A model generated the notes under the pieces. That model did no database searches. It saw nothing but the letters and a program-made list of their open reading frames with translations, and had not been told where the DNA came from. The position numbers were made by a program, and so were the translations under genes. Positions 29,585 through 38,505 of a stretch of 64,000 nt of DNA are shown here, piece by piece. Where the stretch lies: assembly GCA_965552055.1 (NCBI GenBank), contig CBEVQO010000001.1, positions 1 through 64,000 of the forward strand, read 5' to 3'. Each line of letters opens with the position of its first letter. Within the stretch, counting starts at the first letter, position 1. The DNA comes from an uncultured bacterium (lineage in GTDB: Bacteria; Hydrothermota; UBA3073; NMUJ01; CBEVQO01).

Positions 29585-30850
29585 TAAAATTTCTCTATTG
29601 ATTTCTTTCTGTAAAAACTTCTCTTTATATTCTGGATTTCTGAATTTCGATGCTATCATCAATAATGTTTTTTTAGCACATTCTTTATGGTAATTTGCTT
29701 CTTCTTCATTTATTTTCTCAAGTGCTTTTGCGATTTTATAGTGTATTTCGGGCATTTCTACCATGCTGTTTGTTTTCTGTACTATTTCGAGCACTTTTGA
29801 GTAAAATTCCGATGCTTTTTCATAATCGCCTTTACTAAGTGCTATATCCCCGTGCAACTCATAAACAGATGACAATAAAGACATTTCTTCACTTTCTTTG
29901 GCATATTCTTCTATCTCTTTTAACAGTTTTTCTGCTCTCTCATATTCACCCATTTCTACATAAACTTTGCACAATAACGATTTTGCAGTACATTCTTTTA
30001 TCTTGCTACCAACTTCCTGAAATATTTTTATAGCTTCTTCAAAATGTTTAATCGCTCCTTTATAATCTTTTTTCAATCTGCATATTATGCCATATCCTTC
30101 GTTTGCCCAACCCTCACCAAGTCTATTATGAATTTCTTTATTTATTCTTTGATATTCATCGAAGTATTTTTTTGCCGTCTCAAGGTCGTTTATCTCAAGA
30201 TATTCCTCACCCAGGTTATAATTTGATATAGCTTCGCCCAATGCTTCACCGATTTCTTTATCAATCTGCAATGATTTTTTCAAACTTTCTATTGCTTTTT
30301 CGAAATCTCCCTGTGATGAGTAATATCCACATAAGTTATTATAAATAGATGCCATACCTCTTAAATAATTTACTTTTTCATATTCTTTTAGTGCTTTCAT
30401 ATAATATTCGTGTGATGCTTCTGTTTCGCCTTTCCTCACATAAATTGAGGCAAGCACATTGTAAATCCTTCCTCTTCTTATGATTACATCTTCATCTTCT
30501 TTTATTTTGTTAATTTCATCAAGTGCAGATTGTGCATATTTCAAGGCATCTTCCAATCTTCCTATTAGATAGAATACCCAGCTCATTTCGCTGTATGCAT
30601 TTGCACGCTCGATACACGGAGGTTTCCCCATAAGTGCATCGATTGCTTTTACAAGATAATAAAGTGCTTTATCATATTCACTCCGTCTTTGATAAGTTGT
30701 ACCTATTTCAGTAAATATATCTGCTTTTTCTTCCTGTGTTTCACAATAATTTAGGGCTTCTTTAAATTTTTCAATAGCTTCGAGCGTTTTCCCTGTTGTT
30801 GAATAAACTTTTCCAAGTTTTTTAAGTAATTTTAACTTTTTTGTGCGCAT
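29576..30850 (-). CDS. TPR-repeat protein (probable C-terminal half of the upstream cyclase-ATPase)
   Basis: MalT-like TPR repeats; overlaps the upstream ORF in the -1 frame at an A6 run. Confidence 0.75.
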   Translation of the reverse strand: MRTKKLKLLKKLGKVYSTTGKTLEAIEKFKEALNYCETQEEKADIFTEIGTTYQRRSEYDKALYYLVKAIDALMGKPPCIERANAYSEMSWVFYLIGRLEDALKYAQSALDEINKIKEDEDVIIRRGRIYNVLASIYVRKGETEASHEYYMKALKEYEKVNYLRGMASIYNNLCGYYSSQGDFEKAIESLKKSLQIDKEIGEALGEAISNYNLGEEYLEINDLETAKKYFDEYQRINKEIHNRLGEGWANEGYGIICRLKKDYKGAIKHFEEAIKIFQEVGSKIKECTAKSLLCKVYVEMGEYERAEKLLKEIEEYAKESEEMSLLSSVYELHGDIALSKGDYEKASEFYSKVLEIVQKTNSMVEMPEIHYKIAKALEKINEEEANYHKECAKKTLLMIASKFRNPEYKEKFLQKEINREILSA

Positions 30851-32694
30851 TCTTCAATTAACTTCAATGCTTTCTCATAATAATTTATAGCAGTTTCCGA
30901 CTGATTTATTTCTGCAAGGTTATCTGCTGCCATTTCAAGGTAATCAGCAGCCTTTCTGTAGTCACCGCTTTCTGCATAATGATATGCAAGCATCTCATAA
31001 TATTTCTCGAGCTCATGATAAAATAAGGATTTTATTGCTTCTGCAATTTTAAAATGTAATTCCCTTTTTCTCCTTTTCAATATTCTGCTTTCAAGCACAT
31101 CTTTTATTATTTCGTGTTTAAACCTATATTTTGTTTTTGTTTCCTTTTGTATTAATTCTGCATATTGTGCATAATCCATTGCTTTTTTTACTTCTTCATA
31201 AGAGCCCGTTATTTTTTCAATTATTCTTACATCAAATTGCTCGCCTATTAACGATGCTATCTCAAGTATTTTTGCTATTTCTTTTTCAATTCTATCTATC
31301 CTTGCCATAACAACTGCCTGCAATGTCAATGGAATTTCCTTCCATTCTCCCTTTGTCAATTCTTCAATAAACAATGGATTGCCTTTTGCTTTCTTGATTA
31401 TCATTTCAATGGAACTTTCTGTAAGATGAGGGGCTCTCTTCATTATCAGTTCAATACTGCATTGGGGAGAAAGTGGCATCAACTCTATTTCTGTAAGATA
31501 ATCTCTGTAGCTCAATCTTAACATATTCAGAAAATCTTCCACATCTTTACTCATCTCTCTCCTTGTTTCAAATATTAACATTACTCTCATCCTTTTCAAA
31601 TCTCTTAGCAGTAATTTCAAAAAACTAATCGTACCTTCATCTGCTTCATGGAAATCACTTATTGCAAAAACAATGGGCTTTTCTTTTGATAATTCAATAA
31701 ATAAATCTCTTAAAGAAAGAAAAATTTTCAATCTTTTTGATTCCGGTGGTAAATATTTTATTTTCATCTGGAGTCCTTCTGGAATTTCTTTTCCTGCAAA
31801 GAAAAGAATGTATGGGAGTATATCGCGCCACCTATCTCCAAATATTTCTTTTACTTTAGATTCAATGTCATCACCCATAACACTGTTAATGAAATCCTGC
31901 AGTGGTGCAAAAGTTTTTCCCCTACCATAGGATTTTATCTCTCCCTTTACTTTTATTAAATCATTATTTTCAAGGAATTTCTCTATCAATGCAGATTTGC
32001 CGATACCTGGCTCACCTATTATTATAACAAATTGAGAATCGCCGGATTTTAATTTGTTAAGCGCATTTTTTAAACGAAGTAATTCTCTTTCTCTATTCAC
32101 AAAAATTTTCTGTATTTCAATTTTTTCTGATAGCAACTCATAAATTTTTATGGGCTTCTCCCTTCCTTTTAAATATGTTGAACCAACTTCTTTAAAATTG
32201 AAACTATCTTTCAGTGCTTTGAAAATCACTTCCGATAAGTAGATTGAATTTTTCGGAGCCATTTCGGTTAGTCTTGCAGCAATATTAACTGCGTCTCCTA
32301 TCACAGTAAACTCTTTTTTGTAATTTGAACCTATTTCGCCACACAATACTTTGCCAGCGTTTATACCAATGTGTACACCAATTTCAACTCCCCTTTTATT
32401 TGAAAAATCTTCAACCTCTTTTTTAATTTTCAGAGAAGAATTTAAAGCTCTTTTCATATCATCTGCCCGTGCAACAGGCAAACCAAATGTTACCATAACC
32501 CTATCACCTTCATGCTTGTCTATCCTGCCTCCATAATCAACAACAATTCTATCTATAAGTGAAAAAATTTCCTCAAGTATTTCAGCAGCTTCCTCGGGTT
32601 CTAATTTTTCAGCCAACTTTGTAAATCCAGAAATATCTGCAAATAGTATTGTTACTGTTCTTAGTTCTTTACTGGATTCTGACGATTCCATCAA
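30832..32694 (-). CDS. Class III adenylate cyclase + AAA_16/STAND ATPase
   Basis: FADISGFT, KHEGD, IGDAVNIAARL, GEPGIGKS, GNPLFIEEL, F.HEII. Confidence 0.88.
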   Translation of the reverse strand: MMESSESSKELRTVTILFADISGFTKLAEKLEPEEAAEILEEIFSLIDRIVVDYGGRIDKHEGDRVMVTFGLPVARADDMKRALNSSLKIKKEVEDFSNKRGVEIGVHIGINAGKVLCGEIGSNYKKEFTVIGDAVNIAARLTEMAPKNSIYLSEVIFKALKDSFNFKEVGSTYLKGREKPIKIYELLSEKIEIQKIFVNRERELLRLKNALNKLKSGDSQFVIIIGEPGIGKSALIEKFLENNDLIKVKGEIKSYGRGKTFAPLQDFINSVMGDDIESKVKEIFGDRWRDILPYILFFAGKEIPEGLQMKIKYLPPESKRLKIFLSLRDLFIELSKEKPIVFAISDFHEADEGTISFLKLLLRDLKRMRVMLIFETRREMSKDVEDFLNMLRLSYRDYLTEIELMPLSPQCSIELIMKRAPHLTESSIEMIIKKAKGNPLFIEELTKGEWKEIPLTLQAVVMARIDRIEKEIAKILEIASLIGEQFDVRIIEKITGSYEEVKKAMDYAQYAELIQKETKTKYRFKHEIIKDVLESRILKRRKRELHFKIAEAIKSLFYHELEKYYEMLAYHYAESGDYRKAADYLEMAADNLAEINQSETAINYYEKALKLIEECAQKS

Positions 32695-33517
32695 TTTTCA
32701 AAATACTTGTATCCGGGATTTGCCAATCTGGTTCATAGTAAAACTCGGTGTAGAATATGTCGATGGGTGCTTCACCTGATGCTTCTGCTTTAAATTCAAT
32801 TACCACAATGCCTCCCGAACCTGTTATCCCAAGAGTATCACCGATTATTGCAATATTAAAGCCTATAAGTGTATCACCTCTGAAATAAAGGCTATCGAAT
32901 GCCGGTAAAAGCTTAACAGTGTAAGGTGAATGTTGCTCAAGAAAAGATTGCCCTGCTGTGTCCGGATATATTCTTAAAGGAGTAATCCATTCTTTATGTT
33001 TTATCAGTACTTCTCCTGTTTTAAACCTTTTTACATTTTCGAGCCACACTTTTACTTTAAAGGTATCGCCTCTTACCGTCCTTACTTCAAGGGGATTTAT
33101 CATGCAAGCGCTTACCCCTTCTCTGATGGAATCAACATAAAATATATGGGTATAAATATCGCTTTCGTCTCCTGTTGGATATCTTGATTGTATGTAAAAA
33201 GTACAGGGACCTTCGGCGCATCTAAATGTATCTGCTTCTTTTTTGCACCAATCCGACCATACGCTACCTGTAATTTTATAGCGGAATTCATACTCAAATT
33301 CTTTAACATCAAGGTCATAAGGCGATGGGTCGCCTCTCCATTTAAAAATTGCAGTAAGACTATGGGTTGTGTCAGCCGGTGCTGAAATGATTTTCACACC
33401 AGGTGGCTCATAACATTCTGATGATGAATCAAGTGGATTACAATATTCCTTCGGCTCCTTTGGACAACACAAATAAATTAAACTCAAAATCGGAATTATT
33501 TTTAGTAGCTTCCTCAT
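32669..33517 (-). CDS. Lipoprotein with Ig-like and cohesin-like domains
   Basis: Lipobox IYLC, NPLD motif, GDTFKVKVWLENV...GSGGIVVIEFKA cohesin-like pattern. Confidence 0.6.
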   Translation of the reverse strand: MRKLLKIIPILSLIYLCCPKEPKEYCNPLDSSSECYEPPGVKIISAPADTTHSLTAIFKWRGDPSPYDLDVKEFEYEFRYKITGSVWSDWCKKEADTFRCAEGPCTFYIQSRYPTGDESDIYTHIFYVDSIREGVSACMINPLEVRTVRGDTFKVKVWLENVKRFKTGEVLIKHKEWITPLRIYPDTAGQSFLEQHSPYTVKLLPAFDSLYFRGDTLIGFNIAIIGDTLGITGSGGIVVIEFKAEASGEAPIDIFYTEFYYEPDWQIPDTSILKIDGIVRIQ

Positions 33518-35109
33518 TTCTTTTTCTTACTTTTCACCTTCTTTTTCTTACCTTTCTCCTTTTTCTCCTTTTTAATTTTTTTTGGCATTTTTTTGGGTGC
33601 AGCGTGTTTTTTGCCGATCGTGGGCATAGTAATGATGGCATCCAGTACATTTAGTAAATGAACCCCTACCGCCACATAAAGTGAGTTCCTGTAGTTCCTT
33701 ACAGCTGCAACTGTAGCTGCATATTCGTTTCTGTATTTGCCTCCTATTATTTGCACCGAATCTTTCGGTGAAACTGTATTAAACCACTTTTCTTCAAGTC
33801 GTGTTAGCTTATCGTAATGCTTTTTATATTGCAAATAAAATATTCCAGCTGTCAAAAGGCATATTGCTTCCGCTGCCATAAAACCTATTCCCTCACCATA
33901 TCTTAAAGTATACATCTGTCCCCATCCAGGGAAAAGCAATGACAAAAAAGCAGCTTCTACAACCGAACGAGGCTTTAATTTTACTTCGAGGGACTTCATC
34001 TCATCCGGATTAAAAAGAATCCTTGTCTTATAAACTTTAAAGCCAGGATATTTTACAATAATCGTGCGCTCACCCGCTGGTATCTCCCTCATAGTTGTAA
34101 ATGGTACAGTATCAATGAAATCGCCGTCCACATATACTTTTGCTCCAGAAGGTCTGCCCTTTACCATTAAATAGGCTTTTAATGGAACAAGATTTGCCCT
34201 TACAGTGAATTTGCCGGGCTTATCAACATAAACAGAGGTAATATAATCGTGAAAACCATTCTTTATTAACCTTATCCTGTATTTGCCGAGTTTACGCAGA
34301 GGCAACGATAAATTTGTCATCCCAACATATTTTCCGTTTATTTCAACTTTAGCTCCCTTCGGCTTCGAAGTTATCAAAAGAGTAGCTGCACACTTCCTTA
34401 AGGGTGCGACTAAAGAAACCATTCTGTTTTTACTAACCTGCACTCGCCTGGACCATGTCAGATAACCTTCCTTCGATACTTCAACAAAATGCTCACCAAC
34501 AGGAATCTTGCCTTTAAAGATTCCACGCCTGTCTGTTTTGCCAATCTTCTCGCCATCAATTAATACATCGGCATTCGTAACATTTGACCTTACAAGAAGA
34601 ACAGTTTGCTCAGGTATTAGTTTTATGTATTTGAAAGAAGGCACTTCTATTGTCTGCACTATATCCTGATACCCATATTTTTTTATCTTTAAAGTATAGC
34701 TCCCGGGGGACAGGTCTGTTATAGCGCAGGGTGTCAGAGCTTTATATTCATCATTTATGTAAACTTCTGCCCCAAATGGTTCGGTAATTATGTAAAGGAA
34801 AGGACCTGCTTTCCTCAAAATTATATCCCCAATATCCGTCTCGATGCCAGGCATAACCTCTACAGAATAATTTTCCCTTATTGGTTCGTATCCCCTTTTG
34901 ATAACAACAAGAGTATAGTAAGCACCTGGCTCTACTTCAAACACAAACCTTCCCTTTGAATCAGTAGTTTGACTTATTTTACCGGGTCCAGGAGTGTGCA
35001 AAAAGAAAACCTGTGCACCTTCAACGGGTTTACCACTCTCATCAACAACCTTCCCCTTTATTTTACCCAGAAGCTGAACAATAAGTATGAGAAGCAAAAC
35101 TTTCATCAT
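33514..35109 (-). CDS. PEGA-domain protein with carboxypeptidase-regulatory-like N-domain and C-terminal membrane hairpin
   Basis: GKVVDESGKPVEGA, four P.GA.V.I.G..G.T PEGA repeats, SLLFPGWGQMY, Lys-rich tail. Confidence 0.82.
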   Translation of the reverse strand: MMKVLLLILIVQLLGKIKGKVVDESGKPVEGAQVFFLHTPGPGKISQTTDSKGRFVFEVEPGAYYTLVVIKRGYEPIRENYSVEVMPGIETDIGDIILRKAGPFLYIITEPFGAEVYINDEYKALTPCAITDLSPGSYTLKIKKYGYQDIVQTIEVPSFKYIKLIPEQTVLLVRSNVTNADVLIDGEKIGKTDRRGIFKGKIPVGEHFVEVSKEGYLTWSRRVQVSKNRMVSLVAPLRKCAATLLITSKPKGAKVEINGKYVGMTNLSLPLRKLGKYRIRLIKNGFHDYITSVYVDKPGKFTVRANLVPLKAYLMVKGRPSGAKVYVDGDFIDTVPFTTMREIPAGERTIIVKYPGFKVYKTRILFNPDEMKSLEVKLKPRSVVEAAFLSLLFPGWGQMYTLRYGEGIGFMAAEAICLLTAGIFYLQYKKHYDKLTRLEEKWFNTVSPKDSVQIIGGKYRNEYAATVAAVRNYRNSLYVAVGVHLLNVLDAIITMPTIGKKHAAPKKMPKKIKKEKKEKGKKKKVKSKKKK

Positions 35110-35112
35110 TAA

Positions 35113-35139
35113 TTATTAACCATCCTGCTCCATTGTCAA
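35113..35139 (-). promoter_or_regulatory. Promoter TTGACA-N15-TAATAA
   Basis: Minus strand TTGACA 35139-35134; imperfect -10; ATG follows within 3-6 nt. Confidence 0.55.
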
Positions 35140-35174
35140 GATAAAAATCGGCAAAAATTTATAAAAATTAACCC

Positions 35175-35201
35175 TTTACAATGTTATATTTTTCCTATAA
35201 T
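35175..35201 (+). promoter_or_regulatory. Promoter TTTACA-N15-TATAAT
   Basis: TTTACA 35175-35180, TATAAT 35196-35201, ATG 5 nt later. Confidence 0.75.
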
Positions 35202-35206
35202 TTAAG

Positions 35207-36124
35207 ATGCGTTGCATTGTAACAGGAGGCGCTGGATTCATAGGATCACATTTAGTGGACGCTTTAATAGAGAGAGGTTATAAAGTTTTAATAATTGATG
35301 ATTTATCTACAGGTAAAGAAGAAAACATTAACAAAAAAGCGGAATTTGAAAAAATAAAAATCGAAGATGAAAAAATATTTGATATTTTAAAAAAATTCAA
35401 ACCAGATGCTGTGTTTCATTTCGCAGCTCAAATCGATGTAAGAAAATCTGTAAAAGACCCTCTTTTTGACACAAAAGTAAATGTGCTCGGTACTGTGAAT
35501 TTATTAAAAGCATCAGCTGATTGTAAAGTCAAATCTTTTATTTTTGCTTCTTCAGGTGGAGTTATTTATGGTGATGTTTTTGAACCTGCAAAAGAGAATC
35601 ATCCTGTAAATCCTCAATGTCCCTATGGTATCGCTAAATTATCGGGAGAATATTATGTGAAATTTTTTGGTAAAGAATATAGTTTCAAATGGGGTATTTT
35701 AAGATTTGCCAATGTTTATGGTCCCCGTCAGGACCCGAAGGGTGAAGCAGGAGTTTGTGCCATTTTCATCGGCAATATGATGAAAAAAAGACCTTGCAAA
35801 CTTTATGGATATGGTAAACTCGTTAGAGATTACATTTATGTCGAAGACGCTGTATCTTTAACTTTACAGGTTTTTGACAAAGGCGTATGCGATATTTTCA
35901 ATGCCGGAACAGGCAAAGGTACAAGTGTGATTGAACTTTTTAACATTTTAAAAGAATTTTTTGATTATAATATAGAGCCGATTCTTGAGGAAAAGCGTCC
36001 CGGCGAGCTGGAAAGTAATATTTTAAGTTATGAGAAAGCAAAAATATTACTTAATTGGAAACCTAAATATAGTTTAAAGGAAGGTCTCAAGAAAACTATT
36101 GAATGGTTTAAAAGAAGGTGCTAA
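35207..36124 (+). CDS. NAD-dependent epimerase (UDP-glucose 4-epimerase-like)
   Basis: TGGAGFIGSH, YGIAK, NVYGPRQDP.GEAGV. Confidence 0.9.
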   Translation: MRCIVTGGAGFIGSHLVDALIERGYKVLIIDDLSTGKEENINKKAEFEKIKIEDEKIFDILKKFKPDAVFHFAAQIDVRKSVKDPLFDTKVNVLGTVNLLKASADCKVKSFIFASSGGVIYGDVFEPAKENHPVNPQCPYGIAKLSGEYYVKFFGKEYSFKWGILRFANVYGPRQDPKGEAGVCAIFIGNMMKKRPCKLYGYGKLVRDYIYVEDAVSLTLQVFDKGVCDIFNAGTGKGTSVIELFNILKEFFDYNIEPILEEKRPGELESNILSYEKAKILLNWKPKYSLKEGLKKTIEWFKRRC

Positions 36125-36147
36125 AAAGTTATGTAATATTGATGATT

Positions 36148-36209
36148 TAGAAACGGGTCATGGAGGGCGAAGCCCTCCGAAAAATCTGTGGGTGGGCGGG
36201 TGGGATAAA
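36148..36209 (+). repeat. Dispersed ~62-bp hairpin + G-quadruplex element, copy 2
   Basis: GGAGGGC-GAA-GCCCTCC hairpin (36162-36178) and GGGTGGGCGGGTGGG (36190-36204). Confidence 0.9.
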
Positions 36210-36216
36210 AATAAAG

Positions 36217-36243
36217 TTGACATTTTTGAAAAATGAGTATATT
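36217..36243 (+). promoter_or_regulatory. Promoter TTGACA-N15-TATATT (rnpB)
   Basis: TTGACA 36217-36222, TATATT 36238-36243, RNA starts ~36248. Confidence 0.75.
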
Positions 36244-36247
36244 AATT

Positions 36248-36521
36248 GAGTCGGGCAGGTGCGCTCGCCCGAAAGGGAGGAAAGTCCGGGCACCATGGTG
36301 GGCACCCGGGGTTAACCCGGGGGATGTGGCGCAATACACGCCACATCACGGAGAGTGCCACAGAGAGCAGTCAGCCCTTCGGGGCGATGGTGAAAGGGTG
36401 GGGTAAGAGCCCACCGGCCGGGCTGGAGACAGCCCGGTGCTCGGCAAACCCTGCCCGGTGCAAGGCGTTAGCCGCTTAGACGAATGAGCGCTAAACAGAA
36501 CCCGGCTTACCTGCCCGGCTC
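36248..36521 (+). ncRNA. rnpB: RNase P RNA (reduced type-A-like)
   Basis: GAGGAAAGTCCGGGC (CR-I), AGTGCCACAGAGA, GGTGAAAGG, GGCAAACC, ACAGAACCCGGCTTA (CR-V); P1 ends are complementary. Confidence 0.96.
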
Positions 36522-36531
36522 GTTTATTACT

Positions 36532-37020
36532 ATGAAAACCTTTATCTGTATCGGAACAAACATGGGAAATAAATTGGAAAACCTTAAAAAAGCTTTAAAA
36601 TTTCTACCAAATGTTAAAAGAATATCTCACATTTACGAATCAGAACCCCTTGGTCCTAAAAATCAACCTTATTTCCTGAATTGTGTTGCAGAAATTGACA
36701 CAAAGTTATCTCCAAGAGATTTACTCAGAATGTTAAAGTCAATCGAAAAAATCATGGGAAGGAAAGAAAAAAAGAGATGGGGACCCAGAATAATTGACCT
36801 TGATATCCTATTCTATGGAGATTTGATAATAAAAGAAAAAGATTTAATCATCCCTCATCCGGGAATTTCTGAACGCAAATTTTTCGTTTATCCTCTTTGC
36901 GACTTAATACCCGATTTTATACATCCTGAACTTAAAATAAAAATTTATGATTTAAAAAGGAGGCTTGATGCAAGTGGTTTTGAGTGTAAAAGATATGCAA
37001 GACCTTGCCTCCTCGTATAA
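36532..37020 (+). CDS. folK: 2-amino-4-hydroxy-6-hydroxymethyldihydropteridine diphosphokinase
   Basis: GTNMG, FLNCV, RWGPRIIDLDIL, PHP..ER.F; start MKTFI at 36532. Confidence 0.92.
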   Translation: MKTFICIGTNMGNKLENLKKALKFLPNVKRISHIYESEPLGPKNQPYFLNCVAEIDTKLSPRDLLRMLKSIEKIMGRKEKKRWGPRIIDLDILFYGDLIIKEKDLIIPHPGISERKFFVYPLCDLIPDFIHPELKIKIYDLKRRLDASGFECKRYARPCLLV

Positions 37021-37831
37021 AAGAAGGGGGCAGAAAATCGGCTTTGTACCAACTATGGGATATTTACACGAAGGTCATCTATCACTTATAAGAATTGCAA
37101 AAAAAATGTCAGATGTCTGTGTCGTAAGTATTTTTGTAAATCCTTTGCAATTTGGTCCCAATGAAGATTTCAATGAATATCCAAGAGATTTAATGAGAGA
37201 TAAAGAATTACTCGAAAAGGAAGGTGTTGATATTTTATTTTTACCTGACGAAAGAGAAATGTATCCCATTGATTTTTGCACTTTTGTTGAAGTTGAAGGT
37301 TTGAGTGATGTCTTATGTGGCAAATACAGGCCTGGGCATTTTCGTGGTGTAACAACGGTTGTAGCAAAACTTTTCAACATAGTGAAACCTGACATTGCGG
37401 TATTTGGTGAAAAGGACGCTCAACAGGCAATAATAATAAAAAGAATGGTCAGGGATTTAAATTTTGATGTAAAAATAGTAACAGCACCTACTGTGAGAGA
37501 AGAAGATGGACTTGCCATGAGCTCAAGAAATACTTATTTAACACCCGAACAAAGAAAAGAAGCACCTGTGCTTTATAAATCACTTTTGCTGGCAAGAAAA
37601 TTAATCGAACAGGGAGAAAGAGACCCAGAAAAAATAAAAAAAGAAATGGAAAAAATGATAAAAGAGAATGCAAATTGTGAGATTCAATATATCGAGATTG
37701 TAAGAAAAGAAGATTTAAAACCTTTAGACAGAATCGAAGGCGAAGTTTTAATAGCGCTTGCTGCTAAATTCGGGAGGGCAAGATTAATAGACAACATAAC
37801 AGTAAAGGTAAATCAAGAAAAAGGAAGATAA
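36968..37831 (+). CDS. panC: Pantoate-beta-alanine ligase
   Basis: VPTMGYLHEGH, RPGHFRGV, GEKDAQQ, AMSSRN, RLIDN. Confidence 0.96.
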   Translation: MQVVLSVKDMQDLASSYKRRGQKIGFVPTMGYLHEGHLSLIRIAKKMSDVCVVSIFVNPLQFGPNEDFNEYPRDLMRDKELLEKEGVDILFLPDEREMYPIDFCTFVEVEGLSDVLCGKYRPGHFRGVTTVVAKLFNIVKPDIAVFGEKDAQQAIIIKRMVRDLNFDVKIVTAPTVREEDGLAMSSRNTYLTPEQRKEAPVLYKSLLLARKLIEQGERDPEKIKKEMEKMIKENANCEIQYIEIVRKEDLKPLDRIEGEVLIALAAKFGRARLIDNITVKVNQEKGR

Positions 37832-38505
37832 TAGAAGATTTAATCTTCGTAATCGTAGTCGTTTTCTTTGTTCGTTCATTTATACTTGAATCTTATAGAA
37901 TACCTTCGGGCTCAATGGAAGATACGCTTTTAATTGGAGATTTTCTTTTTGCAACGAAATTTGACTATGGAATAAAAATACCTTTTACAAATATTTTTAT
38001 TGTGAGATGGCGTACACCCAGGAGAGGTGAGATTGTAATTTTTAAGTCACCTGTAGAATGGCGGACACTCGTGAAAAGGTGTGTGGCATTGCCGGGGGAT
38101 GTAGTTGAAATAAGAAACAAAGTTTTATATGTCAATGGAAAAGAAGTCAAAGAAGATTATGTAAAATACACAGATTCTAAGATTTTCCCTGGTATAAATA
38201 TGCCACATTTTACTTATCAAAGAGAATGGGAGGAACGTCGTTTTATTTATTATACTTCTCCTTTATCGAATCCGAGAGACAATTTTGGACCTGTTAGGGT
38301 GCCTCCCGATTGCATTTTTGTTTTAGGAGATAATCGTGATAATTCGTTTGATTCGAGATTCTGGGGACCTCTTCCCATTTCTCACCTGCTTGGCAGACCT
38401 CTTATCATCTGGTGGTCATGGGATGGCACAATTCCCTTATGGCATATAATTGACAAAATAAAGTCAATAAGATGGCGTAGAATTTTTAAAATAGTGAGGC
38501 AGTAA
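37783..38505 (+). CDS. lepB: Signal peptidase I (start probably non-canonical ATT)
   Basis: In-frame TM helix and IPSGSM catalytic Ser lie upstream of ATG 37915; VKR Lys; GDNRDNSFDSRFWG. Confidence 0.88.
   Translation: MNRQHNSKGKSRKRKIIEDLIFVIVVVFFVRSFILESYRIPSGSMEDTLLIGDFLFATKFDYGIKIPFTNIFIVRWRTPRRGEIVIFKSPVEWRTLVKRCVALPGDVVEIRNKVLYVNGKEVKEDYVKYTDSKIFPGINMPHFTYQREWEERRFIYYTSPLSNPRDNFGPVRVPPDCIFVLGDNRDNSFDSRFWGPLPISHLLGRPLIIWWSWDGTIPLWHIIDKIKSIRWRRIFKIVRQ

Noticed and set aside
36121..36531. ORFs 36121-36339(-), 36246-36479(+) and the N-terminal extension of folK
   Set aside because: They overlap the RNase P RNA and the repeat element; spurious GC-rich frames.
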